64,000 bases of DNA from Squalus acanthias (Eukaryota). Under the pieces are notes generated by a model. That model had not been told where the DNA came from. It worked only from the letters and a program-made list of their open reading frames with translations, and searched no databases. Location of the stretch: assembly GCA_030390025.1 (NCBI GenBank), contig CM059432.1, positions 151,716,001 to 151,780,000 of the forward strand. Direction: 5' to 3'. Position numbers and translations under genes: made by a program. Shown piece after piece: positions 13,178-27,100 of this stretch (within the stretch, counting starts at the first letter, position 1; each line of letters begins with the position of its first letter).

Positions 13178-13899
13178 AAGTAAAAACTTTAATCAAGTCA
13201 TTGAAAGACACACAAGACAAAATCATTGTGTAAATTTAATTGTTATTTCAAATGTGTAATTTCTTTGGATTTTTAATTTTTTTTTCAACATTTTGGACCT
13301 CATAAGTTTCAGGTACTGAGGAAAAAGTGGCAGATGAATTGGAGTGTTTCAATTGGAAGATGACAATAAATCAGGACAGTGAAAGATGACCTAGCAAAAT
13401 TCAATGAGGAATAGTGAGAATGGAATTTAGAAATGGGAAAAGCTGACAAAAACGTGAGCAAAAATAGTGACGAGATAAAGAAAAATTTGTGGACAGGAAG
13501 ATATTCGTCACATTTTTGGGCTTTTACACTGGATATTTTCTCCGGTTCAATGTCACTGGCCACTCCCGTAATCAAATCTCGTGTCCCCTACAATCCAGAC
13601 TGTGCGCTTTTTGTGCCCAAAATCATGGTAAACAACAGCAGAACCTGGCGGTCCGAGCCTTTAAACTCAGTGTCTTTCCTTTGAGAAATAATCTGCGTGA
13701 CTGTGGGCTTTTTAACCCTTCGAACTATAAGTAATCACAATTATAAATGTAATACATTTTTGAAACATGTTTGGAGCACATTGCTGAGTTAGGTGGAGCA
13801 GGGACATTAAGAAATGCAACAGCAATGACAAGGATTTCAAAGTTAATTCATGAGAGCATGAAAAGTCAGCAAAGACAGAGGTGATGGGACTGGAAACTT

Positions 13900-15555
13900 G
13901 TGTGGGTGAGAATGCAGGCTACTTAGTTTGAATGAACTGCAATTTGCAAGGAGTGAGATGGAGGAGCCAGTCGGAGAGCATGAGAGAAGTTAAGGTTTCC
14001 GCAGAAAAAGGGAGCAGCAGGGGCAGACGCAGGTGATGTTAGAGGTGGAGGAACGTGGCCTCAATTTTGGAATTTAGGTGAGGAAGGAAGCTCATCTCAA
14101 GAGCAGCACACTGAGGTTTCTCACATCAAGAATTGGGTGCAAATAGGATTCAGTTTTGCCATCATTGACTGGTGAAACTTGAGCTTATCCAGGTCTCAAT
14201 GTTGGACAGGCAGTTGGAGAGCATTGTAACTACCTCAGAGTTGACAGAGGAGTTGGAGAGATAAACTGGGTATCAATGGCATATATGTGGAAGCATGTAA
14301 ATCATGATAAGGGAGGGGGCCAAGGATGGGGTCCTGGGGTACGTCAGGAGGTTGATTGTGAGGGGTACAGGAAGAAAAACTGTGAAGATAACACATCTTT
14401 GAATTGATTCGTATGCACAGAACGAGGAGTGTGCACTGCCGCTTAATTGAACTGCACAGGAGACAGATTGAAGGAGAATGGAATGATCCATTTTCAAAAA
14501 ATAGGCGAAAGGGCGGTAGGCTAAGAAACAACAAGCCATGGTCAGTCATGCAGTATGTTGTAGCAGACTTGAGCCAGAGCAGACCCAGTGCTGGGGAAAA
14601 CATATGGAAGCTGTCAAAAAGAGTGTTCAAGCCTAGTTTTAAGGCAATTTGCTCCAGAACATCAGGAAAAAAAAGTTGTTGAGGAGAATGGAGAAGCAGA
14701 GAGCTTTTTAAGGAGGGGGACATCGCCGTGATTTTGAAGGAAGTAGGCACCATGCCAGAGAACAGGGAGGATGTTAGCGAGCAGAAGAAGTTGGTTGGGA
14801 GGAGCTGAGATAGAAGATGATACGAGACAGATGATGAGGGGTTCACAGATTAGTCTAATGACAGCCAAGGGGGTAATGGGGGGGTGGGAGGGGAGGGGTG
14901 GAGAGAAAGAGGAGGAGGCAGATTTGTGCATGACTTCTATCTTTAACACCGGAAAGTCGATGAGCTACTGGCAATTAGTGGCCAAAGTGGGAATGGAGAG
15001 TGGACAAGATGTTTGGTGGTGAAGTGGGAGGAGTTTGGAGCTGTTTCTGCTCTTTAATAAGATCTTGGAGTGCTTAGTATACTGATCAAGCCAGATCCAG
15101 TAGTAGACAACCAGGCTGGTCACTGGCCATGTGCATTTGAGGTTGAGGCCCATAGATCTCAGTCCCTGGAGGTGACTGTTGCATCAGGAGCAAATAATAG
15201 GGGTGGGAGATTGGTGAGGATCGAAGCATATTGAAGTTGAGGAGAAACATATGGAGATGAACGTGAACGCCACACTTTAGCTCTGATCGCCATCCCCCTT
15301 TCTCCTTTTCCTTCTTAAAGTCCATCCGACAGCGCACAACATAGGCGTCCTGCTTGACAAAGAGCTGAGGTTCAAACCCGGCATCGAGCACATCACAAAG
15401 ACCACCCTCTTCACCTCTAATAACCACCACCTCCATCTACCTCATCGCCACTGCTGTTGAAGCCTCCATTCCTGCCCGTGTCATCTCAAGATGGCTTTTC
15501 CAACCCCTTCCTTGCCAGCCTCCCAAACTCCACCCTACATAAATTTCAACTTAGT
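13900..15555. mobile_element. Old degraded L2-like fragments (both orientations)
   Basis: Remnants such as VPQDPILGPL (minus) and similarity to L2 copy at 44260-45660; many stops. Confidence 0.5.
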
Positions 15556-16302
15556 CCCACATTTCCGCAGTCTATCCCGTTAAAGTAGCCTGCCAAACTC
15601 CACAAGAGTTAGGGAGGAGATTTTGGTATTGGAGGAGATATCACTAAGGGAAGTAACTAGGGGCTGGTAGACAAGGAAGATCTAGAAAAAGAGAATGCGA
15701 GGTGTGGCAGAGAGTGATGTCTTGGACACCATTGAAAACAAAAGTGTCCTTTGTCATGGCAGGAACCCTCTCAAGGCTGCAAGTGAAATATCAGGGTTGC
15801 AACTTCTGAGTAATGCTACTGACGGCTAATAACGACCCTAATGGCGGCTGCCTTACCAGACAAACCAAAAGCAGGGGCTACGACTGAAAAAGGGTACTTT
15901 AGCTGCATAGAGTTGAGGAAGGCATCCTGCTAGAATAATCATAGAGGAGGAATTCTATCAATTTCTCCCTGCTGTCCACCTCCCATTTGACTCTGGGTAC
16001 ACTGCTGCACTTGCTTGTGGATTAAAACACTGCCACCACACCCAAACAATCAGCTCCAGTGGTGCTCACGAGGTACTCATTAAAGCTCACCTGTTGTACC
16101 ATTCAACCTGTATATCATTAATGTAATACATGATATGCTGGAACAGAAAAACTGCAGTTTTTTAAAAAAGCACTAAAAAGAAAACCATTTCAATTTGGCC
16201 TTACAAGCTTTCTCAGCAGGCAACTTTTGAAATTCAAGCTAATTATTACTGATGAATGAAGCAAACTACAGAATTGTTTTTCCCTTTCCATTAATGTTGC
16301 AA

Positions 16303-16458
16303 GCTTGGGTCAATGGTAGCACTCTTGCCTCCAAGTCAGAAGGCCATGAGTTCAAGGCCCATTGCAGGACTTGGGCACATCATCTAAGCTAATAATTCAG
16401 TGCAGTGCTGAGGGAGTTATGCATCGTCAGAGATGCTGACTTTAAGGCGACATATTAA
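16303..16458 (+). mobile_element. DeuSINE-like 5' fragment
   Basis: tRNA-like head TGGGTCAATGGTAGCACTCTTGCC...GAGTTCAAGGCC matching other copies. Confidence 0.65.
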
Positions 16459-16557
16459 ATAAAAACAGAAAATGCTGGAGACACTCAGCAGGTCAGGCAG
16501 CAACTGTGGAGAGAGAAACAGAGTTAACGTTTCAGGTCGATGACCCTTCGTCATAAC
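16459..16557 (-). mobile_element. Solo Penelope pseudo-LTR fragment with mutated hammerhead core
   Basis: Matches 270-372; minus strand ATGACGA-AGGGTCATCGACCT-GAAACGTT-AACT. Confidence 0.75.
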
Positions 16558-16642
16558 AGTGACGTACTGCACTGGTGTTGGCTATTCACAGCTGAAAAGA
16601 ATACTACTTTATCATGCTAAAAATTATTATAACCAAACTACA

Positions 16643-16912
16643 TGTGCGGGTTAGGTTGATTTGGCTATGATAAATTGACCCTTACTGTTAGGGGGGGATT
16701 AAATATGTGGGGTTATGGGGATAGGATGGGATATGTTAGGGGGAATTAAATATGTGGGGTTATGGGGGTAGGGTGGGATATGTGTACTGTGGGGATTAAG
16801 GCAGGGACAGGGTGCTGGATTTGGATGATCAGCCATGATCGTATTGAATCGTGGAGCAGGCTCGACGGGCCGAATGGCCTACTCCTGCTCCTAGATTCTA
16901 TGTTTCTATGTA
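16643..16912 (+). mobile_element. HE1/V-SINE-like 3' portion with CR1-type tail
   Basis: GTGCGGGTTAGGTTGATTTGGCTATGATAAATTG V-domain-like motif; tail GGAGCAGGCTCGACGGGCCGAATGGCCTACTCCTGCTCC shared with CR1 at 13120-13155. Confidence 0.6.
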
Positions 16913-17149
16913 TGTTTACATACAATTACAGCCTGCTTAGGGACATTCTTATGTTCTTCTTTAGATTTGGATGCAGTTTCACGACCCAGAGTCAGTACAC
17001 CTTGAAGATGCACATCCTAAAGGTACCTGTCACTGAAGTGAAAGATTAAAATTGGAGTTGCAATTTGTTTCAAAATAGTGCACTGTGCTTGGGGATTATC
17101 ATCTGCATTTTGAAAGTGGAAGATACTGATCATATTGTAACAAGTGCTA

Positions 17150-20059
17150 CTGTCTGCAGGCAATGTGTTGTTGTTGCATGTGGGAGCTGGTGGACACCAC
17201 CGAGGTCCAAGGCGACCACATCTGCAGCAAATGTTGGCTGCTTGAGGAACTTCGGCTCAGAGTTGATGAGCTGGAGTCCGAGATTCAGACACTGCGACAC
17301 ATTAGGGAGGGGGAGCGTTACCTGGACACTAAGTTCCAGGAGGCAGTCACACCCACTGGAGTAATTATTTCCAACTTGGCCCATGGTCAGGGACAGGAGA
17401 GTGTGACTACAAGCGAGGCAGGTATTGGGATCCAGGAGGTAGTGATGGAGGAGCCTCAGCCCTTGGCCTTGTCCAACAGGTACGAGATTCTTGCTCCCTG
17501 TGTGGACGAGGGTAGGGACTGCAGGGAGGGTGAGCAATCTGACCACAGCACCGTGGTACAGGGAGCCATTCAAGTGGGGGGAGTAAAAATAAATGTTGTA
17601 GTGATAGGGGACAGTATGGTTAGGGGGATAGACACTGTTCTCTGCAGCCGAGAGCGTGAGTCCCGAAGGCTGTGTTGCCTGCCTGCTGCCAGGGTTAAGG
17701 ACATCTCCTCTGGGCTGGAGAGAAACTTGGAGGGGGAGGATCCAGTTGTCATGGTCCACGTAGGCACCAATGACATAGGTAGGACAAAGAAAGAGGCTCT
17801 GCTGAGAGAGTATGAGCAGCTAGGGGCTAAATTAACATGCAGAACCACAAAGGTAATAATCTCTGGATTACTACCTGAGCCACGAGCGAATTTGCATAGG
17901 GTAAATAAGATCAGAGAAATGAACAAGTGGCTCAAAGACTGGTGTGGAAGAAATGGGATTCGATTTGTGGGGCACTGGCACCAGCACTGGGATAAGAGGG
18001 AGCTGTTCCGTTTGGACGGGCTTCACTTGAACCATGCTGGGGTTAGAGTCCTGGCGAATCGAATAACTAGGGCTGTAGAGAGGGCTTTAAACTAAATAGT
18101 GGGGAGGAGGATCCAGGTGAGCGGGAATTTAAAAAGTCAATGAGAAATGAGAAAGCAATAGAGCAGGATAGAGATGGGGGAAATAATAACCAGAGTGTGA
18201 CAGGAAGAGACAGAATGTTTAAAAATAAGAGTGCAACAGAAAATAGGGCGAAAACAAGGAAAAATGGTAAAAAGACAAAGTTAAAAGCTCTATATCTGAA
18301 TGCACGCAGCATTCGTAACAAGTTAGATGAGTTGACGGCAGAAATAGATACAAATGGGTATGGATCTGATCACCATTACAGAGACGTGGTTGCAAGGTGA
18401 CCAGGGCTGGGAACTGAATATTCCAGGGTATTTGACAATTCGGAAGGATAGACAGAAAGGAAAGGGAGGTGGGGTGGCTTTGTTGGTAAAGGATGGGATC
18501 AGTGCAGTGGTGAGAAGTGATACTGGCTCAGAAGATCAAGATGTAGAATCGGTTTGGGTGGAGATAAAAAATAATAAAGGGAAAAAGTCTCTGGTGGGCG
18601 TAGTCTACAGGCCCCCGAACAGTAGCAATACTGTTGGACAGAGTATAAATCAACAAATAATGGAGGCCTGTAAAAAAGGTACGGTAATAATCATGGGTGA
18701 TTTTAATCTCCATATTGATTGGACAAATCAAATTGGCCATGGTAGCCTTGAAGAGGAGTTCAGAGTGCATCCGGGATGGTTTTCCAGAACAGTATGTAAT
18801 GGAACCAACCAGGGAGCAGGCTATCTTGGATCTGGTACTATGTAATGAGACAGAATTAATAAATGATCTCATAGTAAAGGATCCTTTAGGAAAGAGTGAC
18901 ATGGTTGAATTTCAAATTCAGTTGGAGGGTGAGAAAATTGTATCTCAAACCAGTGTCCTGATCTTAAACAAAGGCAATTACAATGGCATGAGGGCAGAAC
19001 TGGCTAAAGTGGACTGGAAAAATAAATTAAAGGGTAAGACAGTTGAAATGCAGTGCCGGACATTTAAGGAGATATTTAACAACTCTCAACAAAAATATAT
19101 TCCAGTGAGAAAGAAAGATTTTAAGAGAAGGGAGCACCATCCGTGGCTAACTAAGAAAGTAAAGCATGGTATCAAATTGAAAACGAAGGCATACAATGTT
19201 GCCAAGATTGGTGGGAGACCAGAGGATTGGGAAATTTTTAAAAACCAGCAAAGGATCTCTAAAAAAAAAAGAGAGATGAATTCTGAGAGTAAACTGGCAA
19301 GAAACATTAAAACAGCTAGTAAGAGCTTCTACAGGTATATAAAAAGGAAGAGGGTAGCTAAAGTAAACATTGGTCCCTTAGAGGATGAGACTGGGGAATT
19401 AATAATGGGGAACGGGGAAATGGCAGAGACTCTGAACAAATATTTTGCATCTGTCTTCATGGTAGAAGATACTAACAACATCCCAATAATGGATAATCAA
19501 GGGGCCACAGGGAGGGGGGAACTAAAGACAATCACTATCACAAGGGAAATAGTACTTGGTAAAATAATGGACTAAAAGAGGACAAGTCCCCTGGACCAGA
19601 TGGCCTGCATCCCAGGGTCTTAAAAGAAGTGGCTGCAGAGATAGTGGATGCATTGGTTGCAATATACCAAAATTCCCTGGACTCTGGAGAGGTCCCAGCG
19701 GATTGGAAAACCGCAAATGTTACATCCCTATTTAAGAAAGGAGGGAGACAGAAAGCAGGAAACTATAGACCAGTTAGCCTAACATCTTTCGTTGGGAAAA
19801 GCTGGAGTCCTTCATTAAGGAAGCAGTAGCAGGGCATTTGGAAAATCATAATGCAGTCAAGCAGAGTCAGCATGGTTTTATGAAAGGGAAATCATGTTTA
19901 ACAAACTTGCTGGAGTTCTTTGAGGAGGTAACGAGCAGGGTGGACAAAGGTGAACCAGTGGATATGGTGTATTTGGATTTCCAGAAGGCATTCGATAAGG
20001 TGCCACATAAAAGGTTACTGCATAAGATAAGAGCTCACGGAATTGGGGGTAATATATTA
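17150..20059 (+). mobile_element. CR1 LINE with open ORF1 (Cys zinc finger/leucine zipper + SGNH esterase, 17163-18095) and frameshifted, 3'-truncated ORF2 (APE + part of RT)
   Basis: C..C...HICSKC; VIGDSMVRG, VHVGTNDI, DGLHLN; ALYLNARSIRNK, ITETWL, VYRPP, GDFN; stops abruptly at GIGGNIL. Confidence 0.93.
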
Positions 20060-20067
20060 GTGATGGG

Positions 20068-20221
20068 CAAAGTTCCTGTTTAGTTGCGCAGCAGTCTGGA
20101 GGTCCCGCGCAGGCCGACCACTGGCTTCTGAATGGAAAAACCACGCCTGCGCGGAAATTTGAATGGGTCGCACAGCCCGTTAAAGGGGTCGCGCACCCAA
20201 AAAAAATTAGAAGGAATATTG
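20068..20221. mobile_element. 154-bp hAT-type MITE
   Basis: Perfect 8-bp TSD GTGATGGG (20060-20067, 20222-20229); imperfect TIRs CAAAGTTCCTGTTTA / TAGAAGGAATATTG. Confidence 0.8.
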
Positions 20222-20460
20222 GTGATGGGTGAATGCGACTTGGTGTGAGTTTGGATACAGGCAGCAGAGTTTTGGATGAACTCAAGTTTACAGAGGGTGC
20301 AAGGAGGGAGGCCGGCCAGGAGAGCATTGGAATAGTCGAGCCTACAGGTAACACAGGAATGGATGAGGGTTTCAGCAGCAGATGAGTCGGGGCGGACACA
20401 GATAATGTTACAGAGGTGGAATTGGCAGTCTTGGTGATGCAGAGGATATGGGGTCGAAAT
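20222..20460 (-). mobile_element. L2 LINE fragment
   Basis: Homologous to 8360-8600. Confidence 0.75.
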
Positions 20461-20489
20461 CCCAGAAAGTGGAAGTGATGTGTCTCTTT

Positions 20490-20986
20490 TTTTTAACTTA
20501 TTCGTTTATACGATGTGGGCGTCGCTGGCAAGGCCAGCATTTATTGCCCATCCCTAATTGCCCTTGAGAAGATGGTGGTGAGCCGCCGCCTTGAACCGCT
20601 GCAGTCCTGTGGTGAAGTTACTCCTACAGTGCTGACTTTGTCGCAGCGGTTAGTTACAACTGAGTGGCTTGCTAGGCCATTTCAGAGGGCAGTTCCGAGT
20701 CAACCACATTGCTGTGGGTCTGGAGTCACATAAAGGCCAGACCAGGTAAGGACAGCAGATTTCCTTCCCTAAAGGACATTAGTGAATCAGATGGGTTTTT
20801 ACCTTAATCCGGTAGTTTCATGGTCCACCATTACTGATACTAGCTTTTTAATTCCAGATTTTAAAAAAATTAACTACTTAAATCCCCCAGCTGCCGTGGT
20901 GGTATTTCAACTCACGCCTCCGTATTATTACTCCGGGCCTCTGGATTACTAGTCCAGTAACATAACCACTATGCCACCATACCCTC
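20490..20986 (-). mobile_element. tRNA-derived SINE with tail of the CR1-superclade LINE at 39615-40445
   Basis: Minus strand A-box TGGCATAGTGG and B-box-like GAGTTGAAATACC; 3' part matches 780-928/40300-40440. Confidence 0.7.
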
Positions 20987-21124
20987 AGTTTGTCTCTTGT
21001 AAGAGGAATAACCTCTGGCCCACCAGTTAGAGCTACAATTTAACATTTGGTAATTTTGTATTGCATACCATTATTTTCATGCTGTGTGTAGTTTCTAAGT
21101 TCTGTGTTGCAAAAATATTGGAAC

Positions 21125-22054
21125 TAGAGTCATAACGGCACAGAAGGAGGCCATTCGGCCCATCGAGCACTCCAGTCAGTCCCATTCCCCTGCTCTATCC
21201 CCGTAGCCCTGCAAGTTTATTTCCCTCAAGTGCCTATCCAGTCTCCCCTTGAAAACATTGAGTGTCTCCGCTTCCACCACTTCCGTCGGCAGCGAATTCC
21301 AGATCATCACCACTCTCTGCGTAAAAAAGCTTTTCCTCACATCCCCCATGTATCTCTTGCCCAAAACCTTAAATCTGTGTCCCCTAGTCCTTGTACCATC
21401 AACTAGTGGGAACAGCCTTTCTCCGTCTAGCCTATCCAAACCCGTCATCATCTTGTACACCTCTCTCAAATCACCCCTCAACCACCTTTGCTCTAATGAA
21501 AACAAATCCAGCTTCTCCAACCTGTCCTTGTAGCTAAGATCCCCCATCCCCGGAACCATTCTGGTAAATCTCCTCTGCACCCTCTCAAGGGCCTTCACAT
21601 CCTTCCTAAAGTGTGGTGACCAGAACTGGACACAATACTCCAGTTGTGGCCTAACCAGCGCTTTATAAAGGTTCAACATAACTTCTCTACATTTGTACTC
21701 AATACCTCTATTTATGAAGCCCAAGATCCCATATGCTTTGTTAACCACTCTCTCAATATGTCCTGCCACCTTCGGGGACCTATGCACATTAACTCCCAGG
21801 TCCCTCTGTCCCTGCACACTTTAAAACTGTGCCATTAAGTGTATATTGCCTCTCCCTGTTCCTTCTGCCAAAATGCATCACCTCACACTTCTCTGTATTA
21901 AATTCCATCTGCCACTTGTCTGCCCATTCTGCTAGCCTTTCTATGTCCTGTTGCAGTCGATTGGTATCATCCTCACTGTTTGCCACACCCGCAAGTTTGG
22001 TGTCATCGGCAAATTTAGAAATTCTACTCTGTATTCCAATATCCAGGTCATTTA

Positions 22055-22090
<36 letters not shown>

Positions 22091-24180
22091 AAAGCAGTGG
22101 CACCAGCACAGACCCTTGGGGAACACCACTGTCTACCATCCTCCAGTCTGAAAAACAGCCATTTACCACAACTCGCTGTTTTCTGTCTTTAAGCCAATTC
22201 CTTATCCAAGCTGCCACTGACCCACCTATTCCATGAGCCTCAATTTTGTTAACCAGCCTTCTATGTGGTACTTTGTCAAATCACTTCCGAAATTCCATGT
22301 AGACAACATCCATTGCATTCCCTTCATCAACCCTCTGTTACTTCATCAAAAAATTCAATTAGATTAGTCAAACATGATCTGCCTTTTACAGATCCGTGTT
22401 GGCTCTCCTTACTTAGCTTAAACCTCTCCAAGTGCCCGTTAATTTTTTCCTTGATTATTGTTTCTAAAACTTTACCCACCACTGATGTTAAACTGACCGG
22501 CCTGTAGTTACTAGGATTGTCCTTACACCCTTTCTTGAACAATGGTGTCACATTTGCCACTTTCCAATCCTCAGGCACCTCACCCGCATCTAGGGAAGAT
22601 TGGAAAATTATGGCAAACCCTTCCGCTATCTCCTCCCCCAATTCCCTTTGCAACCTGGGATGCAAGCCATCGGGACCAGGCGACTTGTCCACTCTAAGCA
22701 TATCCAGCCTTTCTAGTACATCCTGTCTATCAATTTTCACCCCTTTCATTGCTTCTACCTTCTCCACGTCTACCGATATTTTGTCAGCATCCACCTCCTT
22801 AGTAAACACTCATACAAAGTACTCATTGAGTATTCTAGCCTTGCCCTGTGCCTCTAAGCATATATCACCTTCTTTGTCTCGAATAGGCCCCACCCCGCCT
22901 CTTACTACCCGCTTACTGTTTACATGCCGGTAGAAGATTTTTGGGTTCCTTTTACGTTAACCGCCATTCTACTCTCATATTCTCTCTTTGCCAACCTTAT
23001 TTTCATCTTCACATCCCCTCTCAACTTACTGTATTTGGTCTGGTTCTCCCTTGAAGAATTCACCTGACATGCATCATACACCCTTGTTTTTTGTTTCATC
23101 ATCTTCCCTATCTCCCTCATCATCCAAGGAGCCCTTGCTTTGATTACCTTACCCTTCCCTCTTGTTGGAATGTACCTAGCCTGTACTTGGAACATCTCCT
23201 CCTTAAAGATCACCCATTGTTCCATTACAGTTTTTCCTGTCAGTCTTTGGTTCCATTTTACCCTGGCCAGATCCTTTCGCATCCCATTGAAGTTAGCCCT
23301 ATTCTAGTTTAGAAGTTCCACTCTAGATTGTTCCTTGCTCCTCTCCATTGCTAATCTAAATCTTATGATACGATGATCACTCGTACCCAAGTGTTCTCCC
23401 ACAGACACTTGGTCGACCTGGCCCACATCATTCCCCATCACCAGATCCAGCAATGCCTCCTTCCTAGTTGGGCCAAGGACATATTGGTCAAGGAAATTCT
23501 CTATAACTCATTTCAGAAATTCCTCCCCCTCCTTTCCCTTTACCCTAGCATTATCCCAATCGATATTTGGGTAATTAAAGTCCCCCAATATCACCACTCT
23601 ATAGCTCTTGCATATCTCTGCGACTTCCCTGCAGATTTGCTCCTCTACCTCCCCCTCACTATTTGGAGGCCTATAGAATACCCCCAATAGTGTGATCATA
23701 CCCTTTTTACTCCTCAACTCTAACCAAATGGATTCTGTCCTTGTCCCCTCAAGAACATCCTCCCTTTCCAACACTAAAATGTCTTCTTTAATCAGCACTT
23801 CCACCCCACTTCCCTTTTTTCCTTCCCTATCTTTTCTGAACACCATGTCCCCTTGAATATTAAGTGCCCAGTCCACACCGTTTTTAAGCCACGTTTACGT
23901 TATTGCCACAACATCATATTGCCACACGGCTAATTGGGCTTGTTGCTCACCAACTTTATTCACCACACTTTGTGCGTTATGTACATGCATTCTAAACCCA
24001 TTTTTGAATTTTTCGTAGTCTTTCTTAGTCTGCTCCTATCTAATACGGTACTACTACCGCCTCTAGTACTATCTTCTCTAGTACTATCCAACACACTCAC
24101 TCTTTTATGCACCTTATTCCTCTTTTCTACTGCTATATGCTGGTGCCCATCCACCTGCCAAGCTAGTTTAAACCCTCCCC
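21125..24180 (-). mobile_element. CR1 LINE, complete but frameshifted ORF2 (APE-RT) and 3' tail
   Basis: Minus ORFs with FYRPP, GDFNYPNIDW, NYRPVSLTSVVGK, VRPQLEYCVQFWSP; (TA)n expansion at ~22065-22090. Confidence 0.93.
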
Positions 24181-27100
24181 AACTAGTAAACTATATTACA
24201 TTAATCAAAAGGCACCAGATGAGTCCTTAACCCCTTTGGGCTTTACTGTCTAGTCTCTGTCTAGGGAAGTACTAGATTCCTAAATTTTGTCTGCTGGAAT
24301 CCTCTTGCATCAGCAAGTCCAAATGACATGCACGTTTACACTACCAACCCCCCATTAGCACATGTATAAGCAACTGAATGAACCAGTTACCCTCTTGCCA
24401 AATCCTTGAAGAAGTCAGACCATGAAGTCGCAACCTAACATTTTTATTAACATTTTTATAAAACAATTAGAAGTACAATTTCATCCTTCTGAGTTTGCAC
24501 ACTAGAGTTGGTTGCATTGGCATCCTTTGGGACGTCAGATCAGTGAAGTTCTTTCCTTAGCTGTTGTATCCGTTCCCTCTTGGATCATCTGGTTGCTGGG
24601 TAGATTCATCTTGCACATTGGTAACTATATTTGGAGTAGAGCTACATCAAATTTTGCTTCCTTTATTCTCGGGGAAACTTGTACCTCCAAGTGATATACT
24701 TAAACATCTGGTTGCATTGTCTGCAAGTCTCTCTGAACTCCTGTAATTTCTTGCACTCTCATGCTCGCTCTTTCTCCTCCCCTTTTTAGGAAGCACCGGG
24801 ATGCTTTCCCACCGACCTTTCACTGCACATTTGTTTCAAAAACATCATCTTTTATACCTTTTGATTTATCCTCAACCAAGCAAAAGATGTGTATTGCAAG
24901 AGTTCACCCCTTCAAATCAGAGAATTATAATGACTCCACATTAACTATGGAGCAAACACCCCAAGACATGTCAAGTGGTTCATGTACTCCCATAACTTCT
25001 CAGTCTTCAATAACAAAGGAACCAAACAGCTCCAGATAAAAGTGGCTTTTTTTGTTGTTGTCTCCTGCCCAGATTTTCCTGGGGGCTTGCGCCACTGTAA
25101 TAGCGCATCTATGTCATTGGGACTTTGAACGGCACGGAAGTGAGTGGAAATTATGGAGTGAGTGACTTACACCATGAATTATGCCACTCCAAATTTTCCT
25201 GAGATTTTTGTGGCACTCTGCTGTTGCCCTCACTGCAAACAGTTAGGTAATTATCATAGCCCCGCTTCCATTGCAATCAACGATGATCACGATTTTCCTG
25301 CACTTAAGCCAGTTTTCACACCGCTGCCACTTGGGCTTAAAAGTAATGGACTCAGTGGCCTGGCATGTCTTCTTGCTCCAAGATCAGTATGGAAAACATA
25401 GAGCCAAAATGAAATCAATCCGAATGAAGCGTCTTGCCTGTACTATCTGAAGAACTGCAGCTGCAACACTTATCCTTGACGGCACAATCCCAGTCCAACA
25501 TTTCTTGGCAAACAAATTATGCCTTTATCAGGATTCAATTGGTGTATAATAGATAGTGTATCCCAGTAGTCATGCATATGCAGCAATAGTTATACAGTTG
25601 CTCCATAAATGTATTCTGAATACATTAATGGTACTCAGCCCTGCATGAAATGCTCACTGCTAATTTTGTCGATTATCCTTACAACGCATGGAATTTATTT
25701 TTAACTAGTTGATTAATTAGTTGACAACTCTGTTTTAATCTGCAAAGTAAAATCCATAGTATGTGCAGTCTAAATCAATTGATGGTTGTCAGCAGTGCAT
25801 GAAAAATAACATTAATTTAAGTACGATTCTTTCAATGATCCCTTACGATGCATTGTCATCAAAGTCTTGACAGTCAGGCACATGAAGATCATCCTGGTTA
25901 TCTGTGTTCCCTCTCTTTTGAAATTTGAGTTGCCACGTGACATGGAAGAATCGGATTGTGGGGACCAGTTCTTCAAATATTTTCATCAGCAGCTCATGGA
26001 ACACAGATCTCTGACTAATCATGGATTCAAACAAACCTTCCTGAAATTTACAAGCCCAGTAAATGTTCATGTCTACTAACATTTATCGTTAATTTAGTGA
26101 CAAAGATGTTTACAATAGAGTGAAGAAATGAGGCACTGTTGAGGCACGATCAATACATGGGCCATTGGCTGAGCTGCTAATGAGGAAGTTATCAATGGCG
26201 AGATTTGCGTGCCAGACGATAAAATTAGTGTATGCTGCTGATCTCACCGTTGCAGGAAAATCTGTGTTACTACCTCTTGGTAGTTGTGGCTTGACCACTT
26301 GGCTATGAGAAGAACACTGAGTTGTCTGTTTCATTTGAGTATCTATGATACTTAGAATTAGCCTTTTCTGTTTCTTAGAGTTTGGCAGGGCCGCTGAAAA
26401 CTCTGTTTTGAGGTCACCTCTAAGGTATTTTTTAGGGCCTTTTCATTGGCGTTTTCGTGACTGTCTGGAATTCTTTTGAAAGCAAGTCTCAAAATGGCAG
26501 CAGCTTACCTTATTTTAATGTTCATGTATTTATAGGTAAGACTAGTTCTTGCCATGAATTGAGATACATGTAGAACATAAATCCAAGTAATTTTATGTAA
26601 AAAAAACTTCTGTTTATTTGATGGGTATTTTAGTACTTACATTTTGTGTTTTATAAACCTACTTAGATCTTTAAAGCTCCATTTTCAGGTCATCAAATTT
26701 CCATTTTGAATGTTGTTCTGTGGTTGCAGTGTGTCCTTGCTTTTCTGGTGTGATTAATGTTTTCCCATTGTCTCAAGATGATGATGATAAAGCAGATTTT
26801 TCACAAGTCCTTATTTTTGAGGAATCTTGAAGAGCTAAAATCCACATTATAGGGCATATCAGGAGACAAGACATAGTGAATCAACTACTATATTGGTGCT
26901 GAGCTTGGGGGTCTAAAAGCCTGAAGATTGCAGGAGAAAGGGGAGGCCTCAAGTGATGGTGTACCACAGTTTTAAGTCCTGCAAAAGGATGAGCATCGGA
27001 GATAGTGTGGTGAGTCTTCATTTCAGCCCAGTGAAGATGCAGGGAAGAGGGCAGAGTGGAGAGAAAGATGGTTTATATGGAATACAACAAAATTGAACTA

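Noticed and set aside
25942..26079. MEESDCGDQFFKYFHQQL ORF after an E-box (GCCACGTGAC) as an alternative CLASP2 first exon
   Set aside because: The nearest plausible donor (26058/59) is phase 0 while phase 1 is needed; resemblance to CLASP N-termini is superficial
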